In this document: in pieces, positions 26,994-40,285 of the stretch
Position numbering within the stretch: the stretch's first letter is position 1
How the letters are laid out: each line of letters opens with the position of its first letter
Source: Octopus sinensis
Lineage: Eukaryota
Length of the DNA stretch: 64,000 nucleotides
Direction of reading: 5' to 3'
NCBI RefSeq assembly: GCF_006345805.1
Contig: NC_043012.1
Location: 41,540,001-41,604,000 of the forward strand
The notes under the pieces: model-generated
Seen by the model: only the letters and a program-made list of their open reading frames with translations
Database searches by the model: none
Told to the model about the DNA's origin: nothing
Made by a program: the position numbers and the translations under genes

Positions 26994-27330
26994 AGATAAC
27001 TATATAAAGTACACAAATTTTGAAGCATATATACATGCATATATATGTGTGTACATACATGAACACGCACACACACACATATATATATGTGTGTGTGTGT
27101 GCATGTATGCATGCACACATACATGCAACGATACTTATATTTGCACAATGTGAGGGGGCAGTGTAGTGTTATGATAAGTCAATATAAACATATTATCTCT
27201 CTTTACCATATATATGTATGTATATATATATGTATATATATATATATGTATATATATATATGTATATATATACATACATGCATACATACATACATACATA
27301 CATACATACATACATACATACATACATACA

Positions 27331-27362
<32 letters not shown>

Positions 27363-27855
27363 ATTTCTTCGCATGAGGAAAAACTAAAAAAAAAATGAAC
27401 ATAAATTACTAATTTATGAAAAACAAGACAAAAAAATAAACGAAGACATCCTGAAAAACAGTAACTGCAGCAGTAACAACAACAACAACAACAATAACAC
27501 CAACAGCAGCAACACGATGAATAACAACAGCAACGACCATAACGAAACTAATGAATACGCTGTCATATTTACTTGGAACTGGAAATGTTCCGTTTGTCTT
27601 GGAGGTATTTTTACATCGGTAAAATTCCTATCCTTATTAAGATTGATGTTGAAATCTAAACTTGTAAACTTAACTTGAATACTTAAAAAAAAAAACTTGT
27701 GGTAGCTTATGGTAGCATTTCCTTACAATCTGTTTGTTTATTGAAAGACCGCAAAATGTAACTGAAAGTGTTCGATTCTTTTTAAAATTTCCATGTTGTT
27801 TTCTGTGTCTTAAATATTATTGTCATACTTATTATCACTTTTATTATTATTATTA

Positions 27856-27922
<67 letters not shown>

Positions 27923-27925
27923 TTT

Positions 27926-28305
27926 CAATAGTTTTATTTTTTATAGCGTGCTTTCATGTCACTACCGAGCGCAGCTCTGTGTGCCTTGGGTATGTGCTGT
28001 GATTTGTTGTGATGCTCTGATGGTTATTGTATGGAAAGTGTTCTGCGTAGGATGTGTGCAGTGCCTAGTAGTGCAATTTTCTGTATGTTATATGTGTTTG
28101 TAAGTCCTGCTGTTTTTGTTATGTATTTGTCTGAATATTTTTTTATCATGCTTAATGCACCTACTATGATAAGAATTGTTTCTGTTTTTAGATTCCACAT
28201 TCTGGTTACCTCCATTTCCAGGTCTTTGTATTTTGAAAGTTTCTCTATTTCTTTTAGAGACACGTTGTCATCTGCCGGTATTGATACATCAATTAGAAAG
28301 CATTT
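27926..28305 (-). mobile_element. R4/Dong LINE short 3' fragment inside a (TAA)n array
   Basis: SLKEIEKLSKYKDLEMEVTRMWNLKTE..QKIALLGTAHILRRTLSIQ; same 3' UTR as 22361; TAA arrays on both sides. Confidence 0.92.
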
Positions 28306-28313
28306 ATTATTAC

Positions 28314-28367
<54 letters not shown>

Positions 28368-28372
28368 CGTTA

Positions 28373-28402
<30 letters not shown>

Positions 28403-28403
<1 letters not shown>

Positions 28404-28549
28404 AGGCGGCGAGATGGCAGAATGTTTAGCAGCCCGGTCGAAATTCTTTGCAGTATTCCGTCTGCCGCTACGTTCTGATTTCAAATTCCGCCGAGGTTGA
28501 CTTTACCATTCTTCCTTTCGCGTTCGATAAGATAAGCACCAGTTGAGCA
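28403..28549 (+). mobile_element. SINE family A, 3'-truncated
   Basis: GGCGGCGAGATGGCAGAATG..TCAAATTCCGCCGAGGTTGACTTT. Confidence 0.8.
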
Positions 28550-29253
28550 TAAATATATTTATGCGACCCACTTTCACAAGGCTTCCATCTACTTAATTCA
28601 CTCACAAGGCGTTAGTGTGTCCGCATCTGGAGTAGAAGGTACTCGCAGAAGGTACTAGTAGAAGTTGCCACGGAATGGCATTGAAATCAAAATCACGTGG
28701 TTGCAAAGCCGGCCTTTTCACCAAACAACTACACCCACTTTCAAAGAACTACTAAATTACATGGGCCTTCTTAATCGGCGTAAACATTCAATAAAACTTC
28801 TCGCCTTATGCATACGATAGAAACAATTAATGACCGTAAACTGGTAAACTCGACAGCATCAAAATTAATACATAGATACATTCTTCCTATCATTTTACAT
28901 TCTGGGTTTTTAACTCATCGAGGTCAAATGACTTGATACTTTCAAAGGCTGATCAAACTGGCTTCGTAGCATCGTTTACTCCACTAAAAGCTTCGATTCT
29001 CACATCACTAGAAGCCAGGCATTATTCGAAACGTTGCAATTATTGATGTTAATAGTAAACTGCGGTAATTTAGGGTCTTCTTATACCTTTCGCAGCATGT
29101 CTAGTGACTACAGGTGATGAATCGAAGAGTTAATTATGGAAGGACTGGAAAGAGGTGGCGATCTGGGTCAGATGTCCGGTCAACTAATCGGTTCAATCCC
29201 GAGGTGTCTATCTATAGATTATACTTCACATATATGAATGCATATATGTGTGT

Positions 29254-29303
<50 letters not shown>

Positions 29304-29375
29304 AGGACAGATTTATGTTTATAAAAAAACAGCTATACAACAGATAACTATATTTGTCAAAAAATGCTATGAGGG

Positions 29376-29407
<32 letters not shown>

Positions 29408-30541
29408 TTATGTTTGTATGTATGTATGTATGAATGCTTGTATGTATGTATAAAAAGTGGACAAATTTTGTGCACATATATATATGGAAAGAAAGAAGCA
29501 AAAACAAGACATATGTATTTAGTTATGCATGTAGGCATGTATTTATATATGTATGACTATATATATATTCACACACACACATATACGCATATATATATAT
29601 ATGTATATCTATAAACACACACATGTACACACGCACACACACGCACGCACACATGCAAACACACACACAAACACACACACATGAGTATGTGTGCGTTTAT
29701 ATATCAATGTGTACACAATCAGAAGCCGAAGAATGATGTTTTCTTTAACCCGAGGTCTTAGTCACCGTTAATATGTAAACATATACATGTGTCTGTGTCT
29801 GTATAGAGATAAAGAGAGAGAGAGAGAAAGGGAAGAAGAAAGAAATATTGTGTTGCAAGTAAACACACTCGGTCTTAATATATAAAATTTACATACATCC
29901 TATGTATATTTAACTATATATCGGGTTATATATAGAGAGAAGCCAAAAACTGAAAATACTCTGAATAATTTTCTTTAAGAACATGAATATCTCTGTATTC
30001 ACAGAATAAATTTACATGGTGCACACAAGACACAGAAGACTAAGGACTGAGGTCATAGTATTTCACGTCCGACAGAAGGGGTTCATTCCCTCTTTACACA
30101 TCCTAACAAAAATTCTAATCGTGACATATTTATCCCATCTTTCTGCCCAGATTCCAAAATCCAAATCTTATAAAACTCATTCAAATGTTTTTGCTCCTGA
30201 AAACTGGAGCACATAGAGCACATGGAGCTCCAACATGTGGGAGTTAAGGCCCCTTTTAGGGGGGGTCTTAAAGTCAACGAGAGAAGTTGAATTGTTGGGA
30301 ATCTTTTTTAGCTTATATCGATTTTCCAAACTTGTTTGAAAGCGGAAATATATGAATGTTTAATGAATTATATTATAATAATATAAATAATTTACCTAAT
30401 TGTCAATTAAAACTCTCAGTTTAATCAATTGTTTGTAATTCACATTGTACTGCTATCTATGTGGTATTCAACTGACGTTGATTTAGACATCTCTTTAAAG
30501 GAATTATTTCCCTTAATTTTTAGTTTATATATATGTATATG

Positions 30542-30653
<112 letters not shown>

Positions 30654-30655
30654 TA

Positions 30656-30820
30656 GGTGCAGGAGTGGCTGTGTGGTAAGTAGCTTGCTAACCAACCACA
30701 TGGTTCCGGGTTCAGTCCCACTGCGTGGCATCTTGGGCAAGTGTCTTCTGCTATAGCCCCGGGCAGACCAATGCCTTCTGAGTGGATTTGGTAGACGGAA
30801 ACTGAAAGAAGCCGGTCGTA

Positions 30821-30879
<59 letters not shown>

Positions 30880-31097
30880 GTGTGTGTGTGTGTGCGTGTG
30901 TGTGTTTGTGTGTCTGTGCTTGACAACCGATGCTGGTGTGTTTACGTCCCCGTCACTTGGCGGTTCGGCAAAAAGAGACCGATAGAATAAGTACTGGGCT
31001 TACAAAGAATAAGTCCCGGGGTCAATTTGCTCGACTAAAGGCGGTGCTCCAGCATGGCCGCAGTCAAATGACTGAAACAAGTAAAAGAGTAAAAGAG
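30656..31097 (+). mobile_element. Composite tRNA-derived SINE: family B head, (TA)n/(GT)n spacer, family C tail
   Basis: GGAGTGGCTGTGTGGTAAG..GGTTCAGTCCCACTGCGTGGCA.CTTGGGCAAGTGTCTT..GAAACTGAAAGAAGCC; tail ..CAGCATGGCCGCAGTCAAATGACTGAAACAAGTAAAAGAG; same organisation at 49265-49678 (-). Confidence 0.88.
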
Positions 31098-31128
<31 letters not shown>

Positions 31129-31235
31129 TATATAGAGAGAGAGGAGAGAGAGAGAGAGAGAGAGAGAGATAGTTAGAGAGATAAATCAAATTTACTTGGA
31201 AGACGATGCGTGGCGTTCAATCATATAATAATATA

Positions 31236-31270
<35 letters not shown>

Positions 31271-31554
31271 TATATACATGTGCATATGTGCATACCTGCA
31301 TCTATACGTATGTATATATGCATGAATATATATACATACATATTAATATGTATTCTCATTTTCATCATGTTCAGCCGTTGCTCCCTATACATTGTTTTTT
31401 ACCCATTTTCCCTTTTCTCTGAATCCTTTCTGTCGAAGATGGTTTTCCGTTTTTTTTTTCTAGCATTAAAGCAATACACCTGTTTGTTATTCCCTCACCT
31501 GTCTTCGTCTTTTGTTTCCTGTAAATGTGTAAATATATATATTCTTTTATTCTT

Positions 31555-31715
31555 TAACTTGTTTCAGTCATTTGACTGCGGCCATGATGGAGCACTACAT
31601 TTAGACCTCAGAACTATTGTTTTATTTTGCCGAACAGCTAATTTACGGGCGTGTAAAACACACCAACATCGGTTTAAAGACGATGGTGGGGGGAACAAAC
31701 ACAGGCACACAAACA
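31555..31715 (-). mobile_element. SINE family C fragment
   Basis: CTTGTTTCAGTCATTTGACTGCGGCCATG..TTGCCGAAC.GCTAA..AAACACACCAACATCGG. Confidence 0.75.
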
Positions 31716-31720
31716 TATAC

Positions 31721-31765
<45 letters not shown>

Positions 31766-31964
31766 TTTATAATACAAATGAGAAAATGGAGAAACAATTT
31801 AGTTGGTTCATCAGCTTTAGGATATTACAATGTTGACTTATTTATTCATTTAACAAAAACCAGAACCTTAATAGCATACATATATACATTCTAATTCAAT
31901 ACATATAAGATAAGAATACAATTATAAAATCATAATAAAAATTATTGAAATCATTAGAATCAGT

Positions 31965-32091
31965 CCTTACAGCTGTTTCAGCCTATGGTTAAAAGTAGTT
32001 TTCTCCCCAGTGCCTATAGTTGTCAATTAGATTGAGGTTGTAGGCATTTAAAAATAGGGTACTTATATATAACCATAGGCCTCGTCAGAGA
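31965..32091 (-). ncRNA. Minimal Type I hammerhead ribozyme (PLE-type) with 11-bp helix II and 80-nt insert
   Basis: Minus strand UCU-CUGACGA-GGCCUAUGGUU..(80 nt)..AACCAUAGGCU-GAAAC-AGCU-GUA|AGG; all core nucleotides present, palindromic AGCU helix III loop, 3-bp helix I. Confidence 0.75.
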
Positions 32092-32338
32092 TTATAAAGA
32101 ACTTTAAAAATATTAATACATGAAACAGTATACACGTACAATTCAATATATATAAATATGAACAAATATCCATATACACGTACACATATACATATATACA
32201 TACATAAGCAAAGTATATACACCTTTACATGTGTATGAATACATAAATAAGCGAAAATGAACAATATATATATATATATACACGCGACGGTTTCTTTCAG
32301 TTTCAGTCTACCAAAATCCACTCTCTAGGTACAGGTCG

Positions 32339-33068
32339 GGCGAAAATGGTTGTGTTACAGGTGATGGCCAGCTGGTTGACCTCGAATGTAATATTGATAA
32401 ATATGGCGATAACGATTTAGGCTTTTCCGGAATAATGTCGAAGATTATATTCTCCGATTAGGGTATTAGTTGATATCTTAAAAGGCGGGATTTTCACCAC
32501 CCCCACACCTGCAGTACTATACATATAGACAAACATATACATACATACGTATATATATATATTCAATGTATACATGCAGTGTGAACTGATAGATAGATAG
32601 ATAGATATACACACACATATTGTATATGAATATTTGTTACTAAGTGAATATACAAATATGAATGCATAAATACATGCTCTCTGTCTCTCTGTCTCTCTCT
32701 CTCTTATATATATATATATGTGCGTGTATGTGCGTGTATATATATATATATGTGCGTGTATGTGCGTGTATATATATATATATATATATATATAAGTATA
32801 TATATATATGTATGTATATATGTATGCATGTATACATTGAATATATATATATATATACGTATGTATGTATATGTTTGTCTGTATGTATAGTACTGCAGGT
32901 GTGGGGGTGGTGAAAACCCCGCCTTTTAAGATATCAACTAATACCCTAATCGGAGAATATAATCTTCGACATTATTCCGGAAAAGCCTAAATCGTTATCG
33001 CCATATTTATCAATATTACATTCGAGGTCAACCAGCTGGCCATCACCTATAACACAACCATTTTCGCC
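32339..33068. repeat. Near-perfect inverted repeat: arms 32339-32578 and 32825-33068, 246-bp microsatellite-rich spacer
   Basis: Manual alignment shows 3 substitutions plus a (TA) length difference in ~240 bp. Confidence 0.95.
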
Positions 33069-34376
33069 ATCATCACCATCGTCAACATCGACTTCATCCT
33101 CCTCCTCCTTATGTTTCTCATCATCATCATCATGCTCATAATCGTCGTCGTCGTCATATTCCTCGTGTTCCCTGTCGCTGTCATCTTGGTCATCATCATC
33201 AGCATCCTCATCATCATCATCAACATTATCATCCCCATCATCGTCATCTACAAGAGCAGCATCAGCAGTATTATCATCATCTTTGCCGTAATATTCCCTG
33301 CTCTAATCCCCACCCTCCTCCGCATTATCTTCCTCCCCCTCCGCTTTCTCTCCTTCTCCTCCTCACCATCATCATTATTATACAACGCCTCTTTACTACC
33401 ATTAACACTACAATCATTAATACCATTGTCTGACACTCTTGTAAATCCGACACCATATCTTGTACAGCTATTTCGCAACAGATGTTCCCTCATCCTCCCC
33501 TTGGGACTGTTTTGATCTGAAGCTATTCCACTTACCATTGTCAGCTGCAGCGGAATGAAGCATCGCGAAACTGGTCATTCTCTCAGTTCTGCGAGTGATA
33601 TCTGCGACGTGACAAAGCACCTCTGGAATGGCATTTGTGTCGACTTTCTAAGGCATTGTCTTCTCTTTCCCGTAGCCACATTGTCTCTTTGTTGTAGTTT
33701 AATGCGTCTTCCTACGAACATGTGCACACACACGCACTAACACACATACACATTTATCCCTAAGGATACGTGCACACATTCACATATATACACATAATTA
33801 CATATACGTACATACACTCGTATGTGTCTGTGAATGTGTATGTCTGCGTGTGTGTTGAAATATGTGTATGTATGTATGTATGTATGTATATATGTTTATA
33901 TATATGTATATATATATATGTGTGTGTGTATATATAGCTGGATATACATATTTATATATTTATATGTCTGTGTGTGTAAATGCATTTATGTGTGAATAGC
34001 TGTGTATATATACATGTATATCTTTATATATATACGTGTGTGTGTGTTTGTGAGTATGCATATGTGTGTTTCTCTAAGCGTTTGAGTGTGCGTGTGTGTG
34101 TGTGAGTGCGTGTGTGCGTGCATGTGCAGTGCATGTGTGATCCTGCGTGTACAGTGCATGTATATATGTGCGTGTGTGTGAATTTTTGGGCGTGTAAGTG
34201 TGCGTAGAAATCAGAGAGAATGCTTCCTAAACAGCAAAAATTAACTTATTAACCTGAGCGTTGCGTTCCAGCCTTCGGTTGATGAGCTGCAGGTTATTGA
34301 CGTGTGCACGTGACTGGCAATGTGAATTATCGACTGATCCATACTGTTTCTCCTGCCAACACCACTACAATAACTC

Positions 34377-34424
<48 letters not shown>

Positions 34425-34563
34425 ATACTAATGGTACTGATGAGAATAAGAGGCAAAGTTCGTCCTCAGCAACATGGAAACTCAGAACGTATAGCCGAAA
34501 GAAACGGCGCTAAGTATTTTGTCCGGCATGCTAAAGATTCTGACAGGAACCCCGTCTTAATGA

Positions 34564-34630
<67 letters not shown>

Positions 34631-34708
34631 TATGATGATGATGAGGAGGAGGAGGATGAGGAGGAGGAAGAGGGGGACGAGGAGGAAGAGGGGAACGAGG
34701 AGGAAGAG

Positions 34709-34976
34709 GTTAAGCAATTGTGGTCGCTGAAAAAGGTGGTAGTAGTGCCAATATTTGTCGGAACTCTGGGAACTATGATTAAGAATCTTGAGAAGTACAT
34801 GGAACAAATAGGGGCTGCAATAAGTGTGGAGCTCTTGCAGAAAACAGCACTGCTTGGAACCGCTCGAATACTCCGGAAGGTGCTCAAAAAGTAAGAGGTG
34901 TTACCTTAGTTCACTGGTAGTAAAGAGCTGACACCGTAGTACATCTCCAGCGGCAGAAGCTGAGCAAAGACAATCA
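34709..34976 (+). mobile_element. R4/Dong LINE extreme 3' fragment with (TAA)n tail
   Basis: KQLWSLKKVVVVPIFVGTLGTMIKNLEKYMEQIG..LLQKTALLGTARILRKVLKK*, short UTR, then TAA repeats. Confidence 0.85.
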
Positions 34977-35754
34977 ATAATAATAATAATAATAATAATG
35001 ATAATAATGATAATAATAATAATGATAATAATGATAATAATAATAATGATGATGATGATGAAGATGATGATGATGATGATAATGATGAGAAGAAGAAGAA
35101 GAGAAGAAGAAGAAGAAGAAGAAGAAGAAGAAGAAGAAGAAGAATCTGTTTGTTTACAGCGAATTTCTTAGCCCTCGGTGTCGGGAAGACACTCAGCAAG
35201 AAATGGAAACAAAACCGAAGGAAGAAGATAGGTGGAGAAATATGCGCAGAGAATGAATCACCAAGTAAAAGATAGTTTTAAAATCACGAATACAACATTA
35301 GGTTAATGTTTGGACGCCAAAACTCCAGAGGAAATGTAACTAACTTCGCATTAACCAAAAACCATGGCACCAGAACAAGTTTCCAAGTCATTGCTCACAA
35401 TATTTAATTGTTGTGAAGCAGCCTTTTGCCATTGTTGTATCTGTCTTTTGACGACGATTGTTTCTCTGACAGATATTGTTATATTCCGCGGTCGTGGATA
35501 GAATTGTTTCATCTGGCATTATTATCCTCAAACGGTTGGAGCGTTAAAACGTCCACCCAGTATCACAGTATGGTTACAATATCAGCACAGAAACGACTAT
35601 CAACACAGTCGACACGTACTCTCGACCTTCTCGTGTCGACCGGCTACTGAGCTATTTATCATGGCTGGCTACTACCACTTTTTACCGGGAGGGGTATACA
35701 GTTTCATTATACAACATTATCGGGGATACGTCAGGTGCTAATATTCTCTTTTAG

Positions 35755-35858
35755 TAAGATACGCATTGAGAAAGCACGTGACAAGCACAGTACGGCGAGG
35801 AGCATGCCCTATCGCGAAGGGGTTGCACTGAACAGCACTGCACCCTCACTATCCAACG
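35755..35858 (+). CDS. Candidate internal exon (104 nt; KIRIEKARDKHSTARSMPYREGVALNSTAPSLSN)
   Basis: Acceptor ATTCTCTTTTAG|, donor ACG|GTGAGC, GC-rich island, a single open frame. Confidence 0.3.
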
Positions 35859-38726
35859 GTGAGCCCACAGATACATAGTGATACACGTATTTCAAAACTC
35901 CACTGTAAAATTATTACAAATTAGTGCCTACCCAGAATATTCTGAAGTACCCACACGCGCCAAACTGTTGTGACGAGTCGGGCGAGGTGCACCTTATTCC
36001 CCAAAACTAACTGAACATCTTATAATTTACAGATTCAATTATCTTCCTTAAGAAACCTCGCAATGCCTTCGCTGCTGCAACAATATCGTCGGGATTCAAT
36101 GAATATTTAGGGGAAAAAAAGCAAATTTTTTTCAGGGAGGCAGATTGGATGTTTTGTCGAGATACCAATTTGTAAAGATTAGTTGCTTATCAATAAATGC
36201 ATAATCGAAGTAAAATATTTCTGCGTACACAGAAGTGCATTCTTATATATGTGTACGTGTGTGTGTGTGTGTGCATACACTTCGTTTCAGTATTTGATTT
36301 GCAAGATTCATGGTGTGAATTCGAGTGTTGAAACAAATCCTCTTGTGTCACAGGAGGTTCATTGCGCCAATAAGGGTAACACAAGCACAGGTTCAGTACC
36401 ACTTCTTTGTTTATTAGTCAATCGGTTAATTACCTAACTACTTAATCGATCGTTTGGTCTACTTGCTGATTATACAATCAATTGATCGTTTGTTAGTCGA
36501 AATTCTTTCGTCGTCTTTATCGACATTTTCAGTTACTGAATTCTCCTCTGTCTCCATCGTCTGCTCTGAGTCTGACCAAAAATTGGTCGGACGGACTCGG
36601 AGCAGATAATGGACAAATTTCAAAAGATGAATAATCTGTGATATTTTGAAAATATATTCCACTCAAAATTTACAGGATAAGCCGTTTCCTTGAGTGAAAA
36701 AATGCTTAAGGTGTGTCCAGTGTATAAGTATTAATTTTCTTTTGTGAATGTAAGTAGTGAAACTTATGCCTTATCATTTGGGTAAAATCCAGGTTTCCGC
36801 GATTTCTTTAGAATTATTCTCTTTTCTACAATGCATTATTTGCATTTCTAAGCAGCGTTTAATATATTCATAGTTTGGAATATTAGGCCCACTTCCAGCT
36901 GATCTCGTGTGATAAGCAATTTTCTTTTAAGTCACTCCTTCACCACCCACGACACTTACATCGCCCACCCCACCTCCCTTCACTACCTATAGCTTTGTGT
37001 TTCATATCATTCTCTTTTTCAATATTTCTGTATGATGCATTCCACGTGTGTAATCGTCGTAATCAGTTGTATAGTTTTTTGTTGGTGTCATTCCCGAACA
37101 TCGAAGAGTTAATCTCTGCCTGATCAATGATGCTCTTACGTTTATAAAGAAAGGGACTCAAATATCTAGTGGCCAGCGAAAAGAGTTTAAGGAGAGATGA
37201 GTCGATATTTGTGCCAAGAGTGTTAAACAGCAGCAGAAAATTAAACGGTTGTAGCAGTGGTAGTCCTATATATGTTAATATAGTTTTGTAACTCTTGAGC
37301 ATCGACGCGACACAAAATTCATGATGTAGTCTGAATATCAGACCTGATTAAATTGATCCTGTCTTAATTTTCTAAAAAGTGTTGGCTAAGATTTTAGCGA
37401 TATTTGTAATTTCTCGCAGGCTCAGATTCTGGCAACAAGTCTGCTAATTTTGAATGCAACAAACAGAAAATTCTTTCCATAGTTAAAAGAAACCGATAAA
37501 TTAAGAATATTTTTCACTGGAATTGTATGATTGTGTTTTTTATTTCAAACATTATCATATTTTCTGATTCCATTTAGACATTCTTTGGTATATTGTGATG
37601 GCGATATGGTTACAACTAGCGGCTGTGGATACATACTTACGTGTATGTATGCATGCATGCATGTACACATACAACACATATAAATCTACGTATGTGTTAG
37701 CATGAAAGCGTATGTATATATATGTATATATATATATATATATATATAAAATATTATTTGAGACAAAACCACTATTTTGCAAAACAAACAAGGAAAGACT
37801 TAATCAATACATATATATATATATATGTCTGTGTGTATGCATGTATGTCTGTACATACATATATATGTATACATATATACATATATGTACACATATATAT
37901 AAACATATATATATATCTATATATACATATATAGATATAGATATTATATATATACGTATATATATATATAAATATATATGTATATATGTAATGTTTATAT
38001 ATATATATACATAAATATATATAAATATATATATATGTATGCATATATGCGTGTGTGTATATATATACACATACATATACCAGGCACACATTGTTCTATG
38101 GCAATCGGAGCCAATAAAAAGGTTGGATAAACAGTTGAATTCCCACGATTTGAATCAACACAGAACCATTGACATCTGCTCAATGTATCGTGTCACATGG
38201 AGTTTATTAAATACCATTTCAATGATTGTTTATTGTAGGAAAATAATATTTCTGCTTTATTGTTCAACGAAATACACACACACACACATACATGCATACA
38301 TACACACTCATACACACACCTACAACACACACTTACACACACATGCATACACATACTTGTATATTTGGTTATATTTATAATTGCATAATGTGCATATAAG
38401 CAGCTACAAATATATGCACACACATGCATATACACACTCATGCAAACATTCCACACACGTAGGCAGGTATAGAAACGCATACATATATAAATGTTTAAAG
38501 ATGTATGTATGTATGTATGTATGTATGTATGTACGTATGTATGTATAGATATGTAATATGCAAACGCACACAGATGTATATGCTTAGGCATATAAATATA
38601 TATCTATATATACATATATTTATACATATGTATATATACATATATATAATCCTATAGATAGACATATATATACATATATATACATATATACACAGATATG
38701 TATGATATACACATATATATGATATT

Positions 38727-38762
<36 letters not shown>

Positions 38763-38791
38763 AAGATAGAGAGAGAAAGAGAGAGAGAGAA

Positions 38792-38822
<31 letters not shown>

Positions 38823-39621
38823 AAGATAGATAAAGAGAGAGAAAGAGAGGCGGACAGTGCACATACGGATGTACACCTATGGATATCTATATATTTGTAT
38901 GTCTGCATGGGGGCGGGGTGAAAGTGTGTGTGTGCGCGTGTATGAATATATTTATCCAACGAGATACCTGTATTGTCAACCTTGGTTTGAGCTTCTGCTT
39001 TCATGAATGACAGCAGATGCAACAGGCAGAGTCTGTAAGGTTCGATTCAAAAGAGAGATATTTATTAGACTATCAGTAATAATAATAATAATAATAAAAA
39101 AAGCGATGAATATTTGCATTGCGATATTCAGTATGAGGTGTTCAATAAACAGCAAACTATTGCGATGGATGATATTAGTTATGTGTTCAGCGACTGGAGC
39201 AATGTAATGGAAAGTAAACAGTGTTTATTAGAGAAAATATGTCCGTTTTGTTGAAAGGCTTCAATCACGGCAGATGATTTGTACCACAAGATGTCGCCCA
39301 TTGTATATAGAGGCTGTCTTGGCGCTGGGACCGGTGCTGGTCTTTGTGATCGGAATGATGTTAATGGTTGTGACTACGGGAGCCTACTTTTGATGGTTTT
39401 AGGGGTGGTGATTGTGGCCAGAGTTGTAGTGATGCTTGTGGTTGTGGTGGCAGATGTACAGGTGTTAGTGGTTGTGGTGGTCATGGTTCTTGCTGGCAGT
39501 GTTGCTGGTGTTTATGGCTGAGGTCAAAGCAGTGTCTGTGTGTACGGTTTGGGAGGTAGTATTGCAGCAGTGCTAGAGGTTGTCGCTTTAGTCGTATTGC
39601 TGTTAAGATTTGTTGATGTGT

Positions 39622-40285
39622 AGGCGAAGAGCTGGCAGAATCGTGTTAATACCCTGGGAAAAATGGTTAGCGCTATTTTCGTCAGTTCTTATATTCTAAG
39701 TTCAAATTCCGCCGAGGTCGACTTTGCATTTCATCACTTCGGGGTCGTTAAATTAAGCACCAGTTGCGTACTGGGATCGGTCTAATCGGCTGGCCCGTAC
39801 CCAAACATTTTTGGGCCATGTGCCTAGAGTAGAAAAGTATTTTCGTCTGTCTTTACGTTCTGTGTTCAAAAACTGCTGAGGTCGACTGTTTGCCTTTCAT
39901 CCTGTTTTTAGTCGATAAAATAAGTATCAGTGAAATACTGCGGTCATGTAATCGACTTAGTCACTCCTTCACCACCCACGACACTCACATCGTCCACCCC
40001 ACCTTCTTTCACTACCTACAAAATTTCAGGTCCTGTGCCTTTAGTAGACATAATTCTGAACTCTTTCTCAAAAGTCACTGGATGGTAGAATCGTTAGCAC
40101 GCCGGGCAAAATGCACGATGCCATTTCTTCAAGTATTTTTTACCTTCTGAGTTCAAACTCCGCCGAGGTCATCCTTGTATTTAATCATTTCGGGGTCGAT
40201 AAAAGAAGTACCAGTTGATTACTGGGGTCGATGTAATCGACTTACCCATTTCCCTGAAATTGCTGGCCCAGTGCCAATATATGAA
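39622..40285 (+). mobile_element. Head-to-tail cluster of three SINE family A copies
   Basis: Core repeated at ~39715, ~39885 and ~40170; second copy begins right after the first copy's tail CCTAGAGTAGAAAAG. Confidence 0.85.

Noticed and set aside
32960-33538. Asp/Glu-rich reading on the minus strand resembling an acidic protein
   Set aside because: Needs a frameshift and a stop read-through, follows a strong donor site (so probably intronic if anything), and matches degenerate (GAT)n tracts elsewhere
33536-33711. Minus-strand exon candidate ending at ATG|GTAAGT (LHSAAADN looked ankyrin-like)
   Set aside because: The 176-nt version has stops in all frames; the open 112-nt version has a purine-rich, poor acceptor; the motif is too short to trust
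34430-34495. CTGATGA..GAAAC on the plus strand
   Set aside because: No helix II adjacent to the core and no helix I pairing
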